Made by a program: the position numbers and the translations under genes. A stretch of 64,000 bases of DNA from Octopus sinensis (Eukaryota). Below, piece after piece: positions 26,762 through 38,937 of the stretch. Under the pieces are notes generated by a model. That model was not told the DNA's origin, did not search any database, and saw nothing but the letters and a program-made list of their open reading frames with translations. The stretch is from assembly GCF_006345805.1 (NCBI RefSeq), contig NC_043011.1, positions 27,354,464 through 27,418,463 of the forward strand, read 5' to 3'. The first letter of the stretch is position 1; the number at the start of each line of letters is the position of its first letter.

Positions 26762-27138
26762 AGCACTCCGTCGGTTACAACGATGAGGGTTCCGGTTGAT
26801 CCGATCAACGGAACAGTCTGCTCGTGAAATTAACGTGTAAGTGGCTGAGCACTCCACAGACACGTGTACCCTTAACGTAGTTTTCGGGGATATTCAGCGT
26901 GACACAGAGAGTGACAATGCCGGCCCTTTGAAATACAGGTACAACAGAAACAGGAAGTAAGAGTGAGAGAAAGTTGTGGTGAAAGAGTACAGCAGGGATC
27001 ACCACCATCCCCTGCCGGAGCCTCGTAGAACTTTAGGTGTTTTCGCTCAATAAACACTCACAACGCCCGGTCTGGGAATCGAAACCACGATCCTACGACC
27101 GCGAGTCCGCTGCCCTAACCACTGGGCCATTGCGCCTC
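26762..27138 (-). mobile_element. tRNA-derived SINE family D (shares 3' tail with family C)
   Basis: Head ggcgcaatggcccagtggttagggcagcggactcgcggtcgtaggatcgtggtttcgattccc; a second partial copy lies at 39715-39887. Confidence 0.85.
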
Positions 27139-28155
27139 CTAAAATGATACTATACATAAGCATAGATGTGTATATACTCACACACACACACACGCATCAC
27201 AAACAAACGCACGTGTGTGTGTGTGTGCGCGCCTGTGTGTGAATAAGACTTAGATACCAGCAGGAGTACATGTACGCTACATGTATGAATTAATATATTT
27301 CTCTGCAAGCAATAATGTACTCTCTTATTCTTTAAACCAAATTTTAGAGTATTTCTTCTAACATTCATATTATTTATTTTACTCAGTTCTGTTCTTTAAT
27401 TTTTATTATAATCCTGTCGTTTAATTTATTGAGTTAACAGAAGCATGGACGAGTCAGATATAATGTTTAGCTGTATTTCTTCCGGCTGTTTACGTCCTGT
27501 GTCCGAATTCCGCAGAGATCGACGCTGCCTTTTATCCTTTCGGAGTCGATCAAGTAACTACCAGTTGAATCCATGTAATGTACTAGCTCCTGCTCCCAGA
27601 AATTCATCCCTGTGTTTCCAGTTGAAAGAATTATATTTCTCTTATTTAATGTAAGAAGCAATCAGAATCCTCAGCGCACCGGACAAAATGCTTGACGGCA
27701 TTTCTTCCGGGTCTTTACTTTGTAAGTCCGAATTCTACCGAGGTCGATCGACTCTGTCTTTGATCCTTTCCGTGACGATCAAATAAGTAGTTTATCAGTA
27801 CTAGGGTAGATGTAATCGACTACCCATCCCATTCAAAATTGCTGGCCGTGTCCCAAAATTAGCGAAGATTGCGTTTAAAAAAAATGCAATAATTTGGAAT
27901 CCACTTGCATATCTAAAAAGGAGAAAAAAATTTCCGCTGTGCAACAAGGGAAACAAATAATACAAGAATCGTTGAACTTCTTACACATCCATCACTGAAA
28001 AACTACGTTTAGGAAGATCCATGTCTCGTATCATTTGTATTCTCGCATAACGCAGTTGTCTTCTGAATTCTGGTTGAATAATTGCTAAATTTTCCTTTAC
28101 ACAGGGTTCAGTATACACGTATCCAAATCGTTGCTTACCTGCATACACACACACA

Positions 28156-28235
<80 letters not shown>

Positions 28236-28289
28236 ACACACAGAGACACACACACACTCAAAGAAATGGAGTTAAATGCAGGTGTTATT

Positions 28290-28800
28290 CAAGTCTTTAT
28301 ACTTACGACATACGCTTCGAAGAAAACATGGGTATTATTCCAGAGGGAATATAATGATGTAAAACAATGCGATCTTCTCGTCAGGGAAAACAAGAGAAAT
28401 AAAACACATCAATGGGCCATTTTAACCGAATGTGATGGCTGCGTATATGATGAAGAGAACGCTGGTAAGTTATTTAAAAAAAAAAATCGTTAATAGATTT
28501 AACATCAAATGCATTTCTCCACACTTGGTTTTCTGCTAATTTCTTTCTTTCTCCTCCTTCTCTTTCTCTAAATTGCATTTGACGTTAAATCTATTAAGGT
28601 TTTTTTTTTTAAATAGTTTGCCAGCGTTCCCTTCATCATATACGCAGTTATCACATTCGGTTAAAATGGCATATTGATGTGTTTCGTTTCTCTTTTTCTT
28701 CCTGACGAGAAGATCGCATTGTTTTACATCGTTTTATTCTCTCTGGAATAATATCAATGTTTTCTTCGAAGCATATGTCGGAAGTATGAGAAAAGTTTTC
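28290..28800. repeat. Inverted repeat of a hammerhead-bearing PLE-type terminus (~230-bp arms, ~55-bp spacer)
   Basis: 28290-28515 is the diverged reverse complement of 28570-28800. Both carry CTGACGA GAAGA...TCTTC GAAG C (A/G)TAT GTC. The same family occurs at 40200-40440 and 53760-53820. Confidence 0.85.
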
Positions 28801-29449
28801 TGTTTCCATTATCTGTTAGTTTGTCAGTATAAGAACACATTTTCTCAACTTTGGAGTAATATTGAAAACGAATATCACTTGAAAGTGATATTCAAAACAA
28901 AATCATTTATTTGTATGGCTATTACTAGTCAAGGTGTAAATTAAGATGATCGAAAATTTGTTGCTGTTATGTTTGGTGACACTTAAAAACCTTCGAATGA
29001 AATCTTAACAGTCGCACGTTTTGCGATTTATTGATGAAAAAGAAAGGCTTCAAGAAAGGTTTAGGGGATAAGTCGATGTCAGTAAAGATAGAAAAGCTGC
29101 ATCACTGACAGAGGTTGTACATTGTTATACATATTCATTTAATTTGGTACTCTCTCAATCAGCTTCAGGAGTTCGTGAATGTTAAATTTTCTTCCAAAGC
29201 TTAAAAAGAATTTCAACTTTTTTTCTCAAAGTCGGCCCCAACTGGATGAAATCGTTGGAAAGCGATTTCTTAAGTTATTTGTACGTTTCTCGTGTCTTAC
29301 TAACTACTTCAAAACAGTGCATTGTAGGGAGGGGGGAATTATTCTTATTTTCAGACTCCCCACATCTCAAAGCGTATATAATACACTTTTCACGGAAAAC
29401 GGGTGAGGGTGGAACTGCAATGCCCTAGTTTTCTAGTCACCCTTGGCCA

Positions 29450-29451
<2 letters not shown>

Positions 29452-29521
<70 letters not shown>

Positions 29522-29636
29522 CATACACATGTATCCAATTTATGTATGTATTATATATATATATATATATATAGTATACATAAAATGGATATATGTGTAT
29601 GTATATATGTGTTTATATATATACAGAGAGGGAAAT

Positions 29637-29697
<61 letters not shown>

Positions 29698-29700
29698 TGT
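29452..29700. repeat. (TA)n and (GA)n microsatellites
   Basis: Direct reading. Confidence 0.95.
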
Positions 29701-30094
29701 GCGTGCATATGTGTATGCATGAATGTATATGAACAGTTAAGACGTTTTGGCATGCATGAATAAATTTAATTTTGTGGCCAGTAACGGCGATAAAAATCGT
29801 TCGTTGAAATCTAATGCAATTAACCAGAAAGAGCTTTGAGTGAGAGAGCATTATAATTTTACTATAACAAGCGTGGTAATCTTTCCAATTTCATTTACTT
29901 TCCATTTGAGTAAACCAATCAATTATAGTACAAATATTTCTCATAAAGATAACCCCTCTGCGTGATAATAGCCTTACAAATGTTTACTTGATTCTTTGTA
30001 GAGGAGATAAGCCTGCATAAGTATAAATCAATCTATACAGGTTTTGGAATTTCGGGCGCTAAACAATGAACTTCTAAAAATTTTATGAATTTCT

Positions 30095-30492
30095 GCGTGG
30101 GAGTGGTTGTGTGATAAGTAGCTTACTTACGAACCACATGGTTCCGAGTTTAGTCCCACTGCGTGGCACCTTGGTCAAGTGTCTTCTACTATAGCCTCAG
30201 GACGACCAAAGCCTTTTGAATGGATTTCGTAGACCGAAACTGAAAGAAGCCCCTCGTATATATGTATATATATATATGTGTGTATATGTTTGTGTGTCTG
30301 TGTTTGTTCCCCCAACATCGCTTGACAACCGATGCTGGTATGTTTACTTCCCTGTAACTTAGCGGTTCGGCAAAAGAGACCAATAGAATAAGAACTAGGC
30401 TTACAAAGAATAAGTCCTCTGGGTCGACTGGCTCGACTAAAAGGTGGTGTTCTAGCATGGCCGCAGTCAAATGACTGAAACAAGTAAAAGAG
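30095..30492 (+). mobile_element. SINE family A (subfamily A1)
   Basis: Full-length colinear copy. Confidence 0.95.
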
Positions 30493-30494
30493 TT

Positions 30495-30890
30495 GTGCTG
30501 CACGATTCTTGATGTGAAACCGTGTGTTGAAACAGATATTGTTGTATTTCGGGATGGTAATTTTTGGGGGCCCAAAAAACTCTCGCACTATACATTCGTT
30601 GTTCACTCTTTATTACTGTTCTTATTTTAAATCATGTCCCTTTTCTGGAAATCTTTCATCACACATCTGTGACCTCTTCAGCACCATTCGAGAATGGACT
30701 AAGCGGAGCAGGAGCACACTCGAGGACAGAAAGTGTCACTGAAGAGATCAGAGATGTTCGACGAAAGATTTCTTGACAATGGAGATAAAAAATAAGACCA
30801 GTATTAAAAGAGTGAAGAACGAATATATAATGCACATGCCTATTTGCCCCCCCCCCCCAATTACCATCTCGGAATACAACAATGAATACT
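30495..30890. mobile_element. Non-autonomous element with subterminal inverted motif
   Basis: ttgttgtatttcgggatggtaatt (~30540) vs aattaccatctcggaatacaacaa (~30860). A related sequence lies at 56300-56500. Confidence 0.5.
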
Positions 30891-31639
30891 TTAAAATTGT
30901 TGACTATAACTCGAGCTACTTTAAATTATGAAATATACTTGAGTTTATTAATTTTTGTCTGAATGTCACACAACTTTGTTACAAGAGATGCGGGGAATGA
31001 GTGGGTATTTTATCTGCTTTTTCAGAGTAAAATAATACTTTACGCAACCGTCTGAATGTCCTTGCATCTCTTTTTAAACGCTCTTCAGGAAGAAAAGATG
31101 TTGGAGAATTTTGAGTTGGAGAAATTTGAAATACTGGCTTCAAATTTTCGCATCAAGGCCAGCAATTGTAATGGAGCAAGTAAGCAGATTACATCAGCGG
31201 AATTTAGACTCAGAATGTAAAGACGGACGAAATACCGCTAAGCATTTTCCCGATGGTTCTACCAACTCACCGCCTTAGTAATTTTGAATATTAAGAAACG
31301 TAAGAGTTCTTCCTTATACAAATGACTTTTATTTGGCTTCATCATCAAAAAATTTATTTTCAATTTAGTTTTATTTTCAAATTTAATTTCCTGATATTAT
31401 TTTTCTAATTCGTTTTCCTAATATATTTCTTTATTGAATTGAAATATCGTCCGACAATTCTCCCCACCCAGTTGTATTTATGTTAAGTATATACTCTCTT
31501 GACATTATATCACGGCTCATTTGCGAAGATACAATAAAATTTATTGAATTTTTGCACGGTTTCTTTGTTTCTTCTTTCTCTCTTTCTTTTGTGTGTGTGT
31601 ATGTGCGTGTTTGCGTGCACGTATGTGTGTATGTGTGTA

Positions 31640-32520
31640 CAGTACCATGTAAAAGTCTTCGGCCACTTTAAACTATTGTAAATTTCTACTAATTGGCAGC
31701 CAACTTAAAAGTGAATGTTTCGCATTGCGTTTTTTACAGATTTTAACATTGGCCCTGTCGGAGTCATTTCCATACCTAATCATTATATTTTGTAGTAAGG
31801 GTTCTGAATGAGAGGGGAAGATGTGAGACAACCATCAAAAATGGCAGTGCAAAGGTTTTTGGCCATGTCACATAAACCAATCAAGTTACAGTGTTTTAAA
31901 GCAGAAAAATGTCTATAATGAAAATTTATTACATAATGTTCATTTCAAGAAGTTACTGTACATTGTTGATATTTTGTGTGACTCCTCTTAGCTTGAGATA
32001 TGTAAAAAATCCTTCATCATCTTTACAAATATGCGATGCCTTTCTCTGTGGCTGAACTCCCACAACTCTTCAAGAGAGCGTGGATTCTTCTGACAAACTC
32101 TTCTCTTTAATTCTGTCCACAGTTGCTCGATGATATTTAAGTCAGGGCTCCAGTTGGAACACCTTTATCAGCCAGAGTCTGTTGTGTTGCATGCAATCTG
32201 TGCCATGGAGCTCAGTCATGCTGAAAAATCTCACCTTTATCTAAGTTTGATATCAAATTGTCCTTCAGCAACTGGATGTATTAGGCACTATTCAAGTTAC
32301 CGTCAAATTTAACCAACTTTCTTGAACCATCACATTTTTTATGTACTCCCAAAGCATCAGATATATACCCAAACTTCATTGTTCTCATCGTGGAACGTGG
32401 GATGCTTCGCTTTTCTTGAGGCCTTCTGGAGGCCTTCTGGATACAAATTCTCGTTTATTAGAAATGAGGGTTCGGATTATTAGAAATGAGGGACGTATGA
32501 GGTTACGACAATTTCTTGCC
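31640..32520 (-). mobile_element. Tc1-family transposon remnant
   Basis: TA|cagtaccatgtaaaagtcttcggccac is a Tc1-type TIR. Minus translation gives IFQHD*APWH and WSPDLNIIEQLWTELKR. Confidence 0.85.
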
Positions 32521-32938
32521 GAACAATCACACAGATGATTTGTTTATAGTGATCAAATGTTTGTGTACACATAAGTTCACTCCTTCCATCAAGTCGCTAT
32601 TACCTCTACAGGTGCACCGTGTTCCACATGTCAAATGGCGAAATGATCACAGGGCAACGTCAAATGGAGTGCTTTGCTCAAGAACAACGCAATATATACG
32701 ACAGCCGTCTTTCGGTTTCTGTCAACGAAATCTATCGAAAAGGTTCTGGTCGGCTCGACGCTATAGCAGAAGGCACTTGCCCAAAGTCTCACACAGTGGG
32801 ACTGATGCCAAAGCTATGTGGTTGGAAAGCAGGCTCCTTAGCACTCAGCAACGCCTGCTCTAAATGATGAAACTCAATGGGACTGAACACCGAACCATGT
32901 AGCTGGGAAGCAACTCTTACCACACAGCCACGCCTGCG

Positions 32939-32971
<33 letters not shown>

Positions 32972-32972
<1 letters not shown>

Positions 32973-33262
32973 TTACTAATCATCTTTCCTCCTTCAGATT
33001 ACGTCATAAAGCTGACAGCACCACTCTCTCTAGTAAAATTTGGGAACTAAAAAACAATAATATCAAATATAACCTTAATTGGGAATTAGTTAGAAGAGCG
33101 ATACCCTATAAAAATAGCAGAGTAGGTTGTCAACTTTGCTCCATGGAAACATTTGAAATACTAATGTATAGAAAAAATAATGAAGTTTTATTGAACAGCA
33201 GAATTGAATTAGGAAAATCTTGTATCCACGCTCGAACTAGGACTCTTAAATATTTTAAATGA
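32972..33262 (+). pseudogene. Penelope-like GIY-YIG C-terminal coding fragment (stop-free, 5'-truncated)
   Basis: FTNHLSSFRLRHKADSTTLSSKIWELKNNNIKYNLNWELVRRAIPYKNSRVGCQLCSMETFEILMYRKNNEVLLNSRIELGKSCIHARTRTLKYFK*, followed by an AT-rich 3' UTR to ~33600. Confidence 0.8.
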
Positions 33263-33749
33263 TGTTTTAATTGATAACAGTTTATATTAAAATCACTTTG
33301 TATAAAATCACTTTGAATTAAACTTTACTTCTACATATTATATTATATTATATATTTAATTAGACAGCTACGATCTAACTAGCTATGATTATATTCTCTC
33401 TCTAACTGTACACGGTGATACTTATTAATTCAAGTTATTTGATTTAATTCTTCATTCTATGTAGATAATTTAAATTTTTCTCTCTATTTTTTCTCTCTAT
33501 TTCTTAGTCTATTTCACTTTAACCTACTTATAGGAAATTAGTTAGTTAAACTTCTTAGTTTCTTTTACACTAATAACTAATTCTGCTAATCCCAAACCTA
33601 TTATAATATAATATAATATAATATAATATAATATAATATAATTGTATGGTTTCATTAGAAAATAACTCCATTTTCTTTTTTTCTTTTCTTTTCTTCTGAC
33701 CTCTTATTGTAACCTGACAATCTATTAATAGTAACATTAATAAATAAAG

Positions 33750-34380
33750 AAATAAATTAAATGACCTCAGTTCGAATTTTGCACCAAATAAGCTAAGATG
33801 TTTTCTTATAGTAACAACTTGTGACCCTCCCTTTTTAGCTTCCCGTTCCCTCTTTTTATAGCAATTAATAGCAGTAACTGGTAAAATTCAACTTTCTTCC
33901 TTAGCTCTGTGATTCTTGTAAATTTCAATAACAATCTGTTCCTCTACACGAAAAGTCTGTCGCTTTGCTTCTTACTCGGATTATAATACAGCAGTTCTCA
34001 GAAATTTCGCACGATTGTATCCAAAATTTCTTCACATAGCTTGATTAACAATTTACTATGAACTATATATGGACAAGCACATATTCTGTAAGTTCAAGAC
34101 CTCTCATCGGATCTCCAGGAATCAAACTTTCTTCAATACAGTTAAACTCACACCCTCATTTGTATCTTCACTCTCTGGAAAGCTAGGATGTTTTGAAAAA
34201 ACTTTTTAATAACCTGATATATGACTGTATAATACTAATTGAACTCTTAGAAACCAATATGTTATCTAAATTCTCATTTTTACAGAATTTTCCATGATGT
34301 TTCATAAGTGTAACATTACCCCCTTTGATGTTTGGGAATCTCTGATGTCTTTTCGGCTGATGAGTACGAGCCACCTATAT
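33750..34380 (-). mobile_element. Possible decayed hAT-like transposase remnant
   Basis: Fragmentary minus-strand motifs (WLVL, LCEEILDTI) are only weakly reminiscent of hAT/ZMYM-type transposases. Confidence 0.25.
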
Positions 34381-34520
34381 TTACTGCAATTTTTGTAGCT
34401 TTATTAAAGATGTCCTCGTAAGAAACAATTGTACCGATATATTGATCCATTCTTGTTGCTTTTTTCCTATATATATATACATACATACATACATACATAT
34501 ATACATACATACATACATAC

Positions 34521-34566
<46 letters not shown>

Positions 34567-34595
34567 ACACACACACATATGAATGAAGGCGACTA

Positions 34596-34800
34596 GTTCC
34601 TTACATCGACCCTAGTGCTCAATTGGTACTTAAGGGCTGGCAGAAAAAGTCGACCTCGGCGGAATTTGAACTCGCAACGTAACGGCAGCCGAAATACCGC
34701 TAAGCATTTCGCCCGACGTGCTAACGTTTCTGCCAGCTCACCGCCTTAACGGACGAAATACCGTTATGCATTTCGACCGGCGTGTTAACGATACTACCTG
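34596..34800 (-). mobile_element. SINE family B with partial head duplication
   Basis: gtcgacctcggcggaatttgaactc...gctcaccgcc. Confidence 0.8.
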
Positions 34801-34969
34801 ATCTCCAACTTTTATTCAGACATACATACATGTACGTGCATAAATATATATATACCCATAGATATAATACATAGACACGCGCACGTACACGCACACACAT
34901 ATTTTACAAAGCGACTGACGACGCCATTCAGCTATTCAGCTCCTGTGTTGCTGGAAATAAGAGTCACAA

Positions 34970-35405
34970 AAAGAACCATCTTATTGTCTGACAAAGGAAG
35001 CAAGCTCCTTATGCACTGAGCATAGGCAGATCACACTTCCCGTTTATATTAATGCTCATCAGTGGCTCACTCCGGCGCCTTGGGTTAAAGTCCACTCGAC
35101 TTGTCAGCCAAATAAGATCACCAGAGAAATCATACACTCATTTCATAAATGGTAAAAGTATAAATGTTTGTGATGTATATATTTTTGCCTTTCGGTTGAA
35201 AAATTACTAACAAGCCAACCTTACTATTTATAATTTACGCTTTTACCATTTATGGAATCAGTGTATGATTACAAGCTGACAAGGCTAGTGGTGTTTAACC
35301 AAAGGCACCGTTGAAAGTCACTGACGAACATTAATGTAAATGCAAAATCACAGGTAAGCTCCGTGCTTAGGGAGCTTGTTCCCTTGTCAGTCAATAAGAT
35401 GTTTT
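34970..35405. mobile_element. Fold-back element/MITE with long imperfect arms
   Basis: catcttattgtctgacaaaggaagcaagctcc vs ggagcttgttcccttgtcagtcaataagatg; also cttgtcagc/gctgacaag and cataaatggtaaaag/cttttaccatttatg. Confidence 0.8.
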
Positions 35406-35560
35406 TTTAAATCTTATTTCTAGCAATACAGGTGCTATATAGCACCTTCAGTCGCTTTATTTATATATTTATACACACATACGTATATATATACATATAC
35501 ATACACATATACTTATGTATACATATAAAGGAGACTGAAAGATGAGTGGAGACACATGAA

Positions 35561-35616
<56 letters not shown>

Positions 35617-36060
35617 GTGTGTGTGTGTGTGTGTGTGTGTATAGATGCACTCATATATGCATATGGTGTGTATGTATTCATTTATATGAATTGTGAACGT
35701 ATAAATACTGGCGATTTTTTTCAGATTTATATTTAAATATTGCACTATTGCATCAAGTATTAAAGAATTTTTATTTTACTATTGATGAATTACTAAATAT
35801 TAAAACTGTCTCTATTGATGGCTGCTACACATAATTAAAAAATAGTAAATATCCGGAATATTTATATTACTTGTTTACAAGTTATCCTCTTCGTTTATTT
35901 TTTTTAAATACAATATACTTTTCAGAAGATATCTTCTTATATATATATATATAAGTTGAAACTAATCATTGTATTTATAGTCTACAGGAATATAAATACA
36001 ATGATATTTGGCTGACTGATAATCAAATATTCTTCATTGCAGCTAATATTTTCCTTTTTA

Positions 36061-37070
36061 AGGCGGCGAGCTGGCAGAAACGTTAGCACGCCGGGCTAAA
36101 TGCGTAGCCGTATTTCGTCTGCCGCTACGTTCTGAGTTCAAATTCCGCCGAGGTCGACTTAACTTTTCATCCTTTCGGGATCGATTAAATAAGTACCAGT
36201 TACGCACTGAGGTCTATATAATCGACTTAATCCGTTTGTCCTTGTTTATCCTCTCTGTGTTTAGCCCCTTGTAGGTAGTAAAGAAATAGGTATTTCGTCT
36301 GCCGCTACGTTCTGAGTTCAAATTCTGCGGAGGTCGACTTTGCCTTTCATCCTTTCGGAGTCGATTTAATAAGTACCAGTTACGCACTGGGGTCGATATA
36401 ATCAACTTAATCCGTTTGTCTGTCCTTGTTTGTCCTCTCTGTGTGTAGCCACTTGTGGGTAGTAAAGAAATCGGTATTTCGTCTGTCTTTACGTTCTGCG
36501 TACAAATTCCGCCGAGGTCAACTTTACCTTTCATCTTTTCGTGGACGATAAATTAAGTACCAGTTGCGTAGTGGGGTTGATCTAATTGACTGGCTCCGTC
36601 CACCCAAATTTTGGGCCTTGTGCCTAGAGTAGAAAAGAATCGTTAGTACGCCGGGCAAAATGCTTCGTGGCATTTCGTGTGTCTTCATGTTCTGAATTCA
36701 AACTCTGCTGTGGACAACTTCCATTTTTATTCCTGCGTTCTCTTTTAGTTAAGTACCAGTCGAGTACTGTGCTAGATGTAGTCGACTTACCTCCACCAAT
36801 GAACTATCTGGCCTTGAGCCAAAATCTGAAACCAATATTTTCCTTGTTTAAGGCGGTGAGCTAGCAGAATCCTTATTACGCCGGGTAAAATGCTTAACAG
36901 CATTTCGTCCGTCTTCACGTTCTGAGTTCACATTCCGTCGAGGTCGACTTTGCCTTTCATCCTTTCGGAGTCGATTAAATAAAGTACTAGTGGAACACTG
37001 GGGTCATTGTAATCAACTTACTCCATCCTCGAAATTGTTTGTCCTGTGAAAAAATTTGAAACCCATGTTT
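36061..37070 (+). mobile_element. Head-to-tail array of about five SINE family B units
   Basis: Repeated gtatttcgtctg...ttctgagttcaaattccgccgaggtcgac units at ~36110, 36290, 36475, 36670 and 36900. Confidence 0.9.
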
Positions 37071-37559
37071 TCCTTGGTGATAGGATGCTCCCTAAATTTC
37101 GTTATTTGAAATCAGAAGCATTATACTAGTGGACTTTCCATTTTCCACACATATTCAGTATGATTCTACTCTAAAGAAGTACGGCGGAATTTAAAGGAGA
37201 TATTGTCTGCTATTTCACGCAGGTCCACAGATAGCAGGACTCTTTTCAGTTTAGTTAATGTGAAGCGGATGTGTAAAGCAGTGTGTGTGTGTATGTGGCC
37301 TTTTGAATATTTTATTTACGTTGAAGAGTGCGATTTAGGAAAATCATTTGAGCATCGGTCTTTCCAGTCTTTACGTTCTGAGTTCAATTCCAGCTGAAGT
37401 TAACGTTGCTTTCCATTCTTCCAGAGTCATTAAAACAAAATACCAGTCATGTATTGGGGTCGGGTGTCGACTAATCTCCTCTCTTTAAAACTGTACAACT
37501 TAAAATAAAGACAGCAAGGTGGCAAAGTCATTTTCGATCACCAGGCGATATAATCTATC

Positions 37560-37641
37560 ACGTATGCTGCTGCTGCTGCTGATGATGATGATGATGATAA
37601 TAATAATAATAATGATGATGATGATGATGATGTTGATAATG

Positions 37642-37688
<47 letters not shown>

Positions 37689-37879
37689 CTTTTCTACTAA
37701 AGGCACAAGGCCTGAATTTTTTTTGTGGGGGGGCTAGTCGATAACATCGAACTAACTCTTTCACTGGTACTTAATTTATCGATCTCGAACGGATGAAAGG
37801 GAAAGTCGATCGCGGCGGAATATAAAATGCTGCTAAGCATTTTATCCAACGTGCTAACGATTCTGCCAGTAATAATAAC

Positions 37880-37947
<68 letters not shown>

Positions 37948-38560
37948 CGATGATAATAATAAATCGTCTGCACATGTAGGCGTGTATAGACAACAGTAAT
38001 AGAATTATGATTCAGATGTCTCAAATAGTCATAGAGAGGTGTTGCAAGACAAATAAATATTAATTATATTGGCGAAAGAAGCATTTCAGCAATGGCCACT
38101 AGGATACAATTTCTAAAAGGATGTGTACGCGATCCAGATGGTTGTTCTCACAGAATCTCTTTTAATTAGTCATGAGAAAGTAATTAGAACCTCTATGATG
38201 CAGCGTGATAATGGCAATAAATATGGTAATGGTGATGGTAATGAAAATGCTGCTACCGATAATGATGATGGTTATGGTGATGATATTAATCGCCAAGTGC
38301 TGGCGGTGGTGGAGGGATAATGGTGATGATTATCATCCTTATCCTTCTTGCCCTCCTCGTCCTCCTCTTCATCATCATCAGTATCATCATCGTCGTCGTC
38401 GACGTCGTTAAACGAAATAAAAAAATTCATAGTTTTAACGAATTATGATGAATGAAACATTGATGGTGATAATGGCAACGGTGATAATGCTGAAGAATAA
38501 TAATGATGATGACGCTGATAATGATAATGATAATGACGACAATCACTATGATTATAATGA
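37560..38560. repeat. Trinucleotide-rich region: (GCT)n, (GAT)n, (AAT)n, (CAT)n, (CGT)n
   Basis: Direct reading; includes a SINE B remnant on the minus strand at 37700-37870. Confidence 0.9.
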
Positions 38561-38823
38561 ACTGATGGAGGTGAGATTGGCAATTGTACCATTTGATAGT
38601 GGACAAACTTTTTAAGATGACTTCACTAGTTACGAAATTGTTAAGGTCAGGTGCTATTCCAAATTGCTAGGGTCCGGTGCAAATTTCGAACACACACACA
38701 AAATATGGGTGTTGTAAGTTCGTGGGTCGGCTGCGATGTTTTGGTGTAAGAGAATATAATCTTTATGCGCCTGATGTAAAAAAAATACCTGAAAGTAAGT
38801 CGCAGTCAAGCGAGACAACTCAC

Positions 38824-38937
38824 ATCAGGTCCTTTGTCGGAGCGATGGATATCGATGTTTCGTCGTTCTTTTGACTCATCAACGCCGCATACTAAACAAG
38901 GCCCGCTGCAAGCCATATCGCCGAGTATGACAATATG
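38824..38937 (-). other. Candidate exon in a CpG-rich patch
   Basis: AG at 38939-38938, then 114 nt open (HIVILGDMACSGPCLVCGVDESKERRNIDIHRSDKGPD) and a consensus GTGAGT donor at 38823-38818. An alternative reading starts from ATG at 38879 (MSQKNDETSISIAPTKDL). Confidence 0.3.

Noticed and set aside
32970-32997. Apparent branch point and acceptor (tactaat...ccttcag)
   Set aside because: The same bases encode the conserved PLE motif FTNHLSSFR in frame, so the splice-site resemblance is probably coincidental.
36061-37070. Regularly spaced repeats suggestive of a CRISPR array
   Set aside because: The units are ~190-bp SINE copies with no unique spacers, and the context is eukaryotic with no cas genes.
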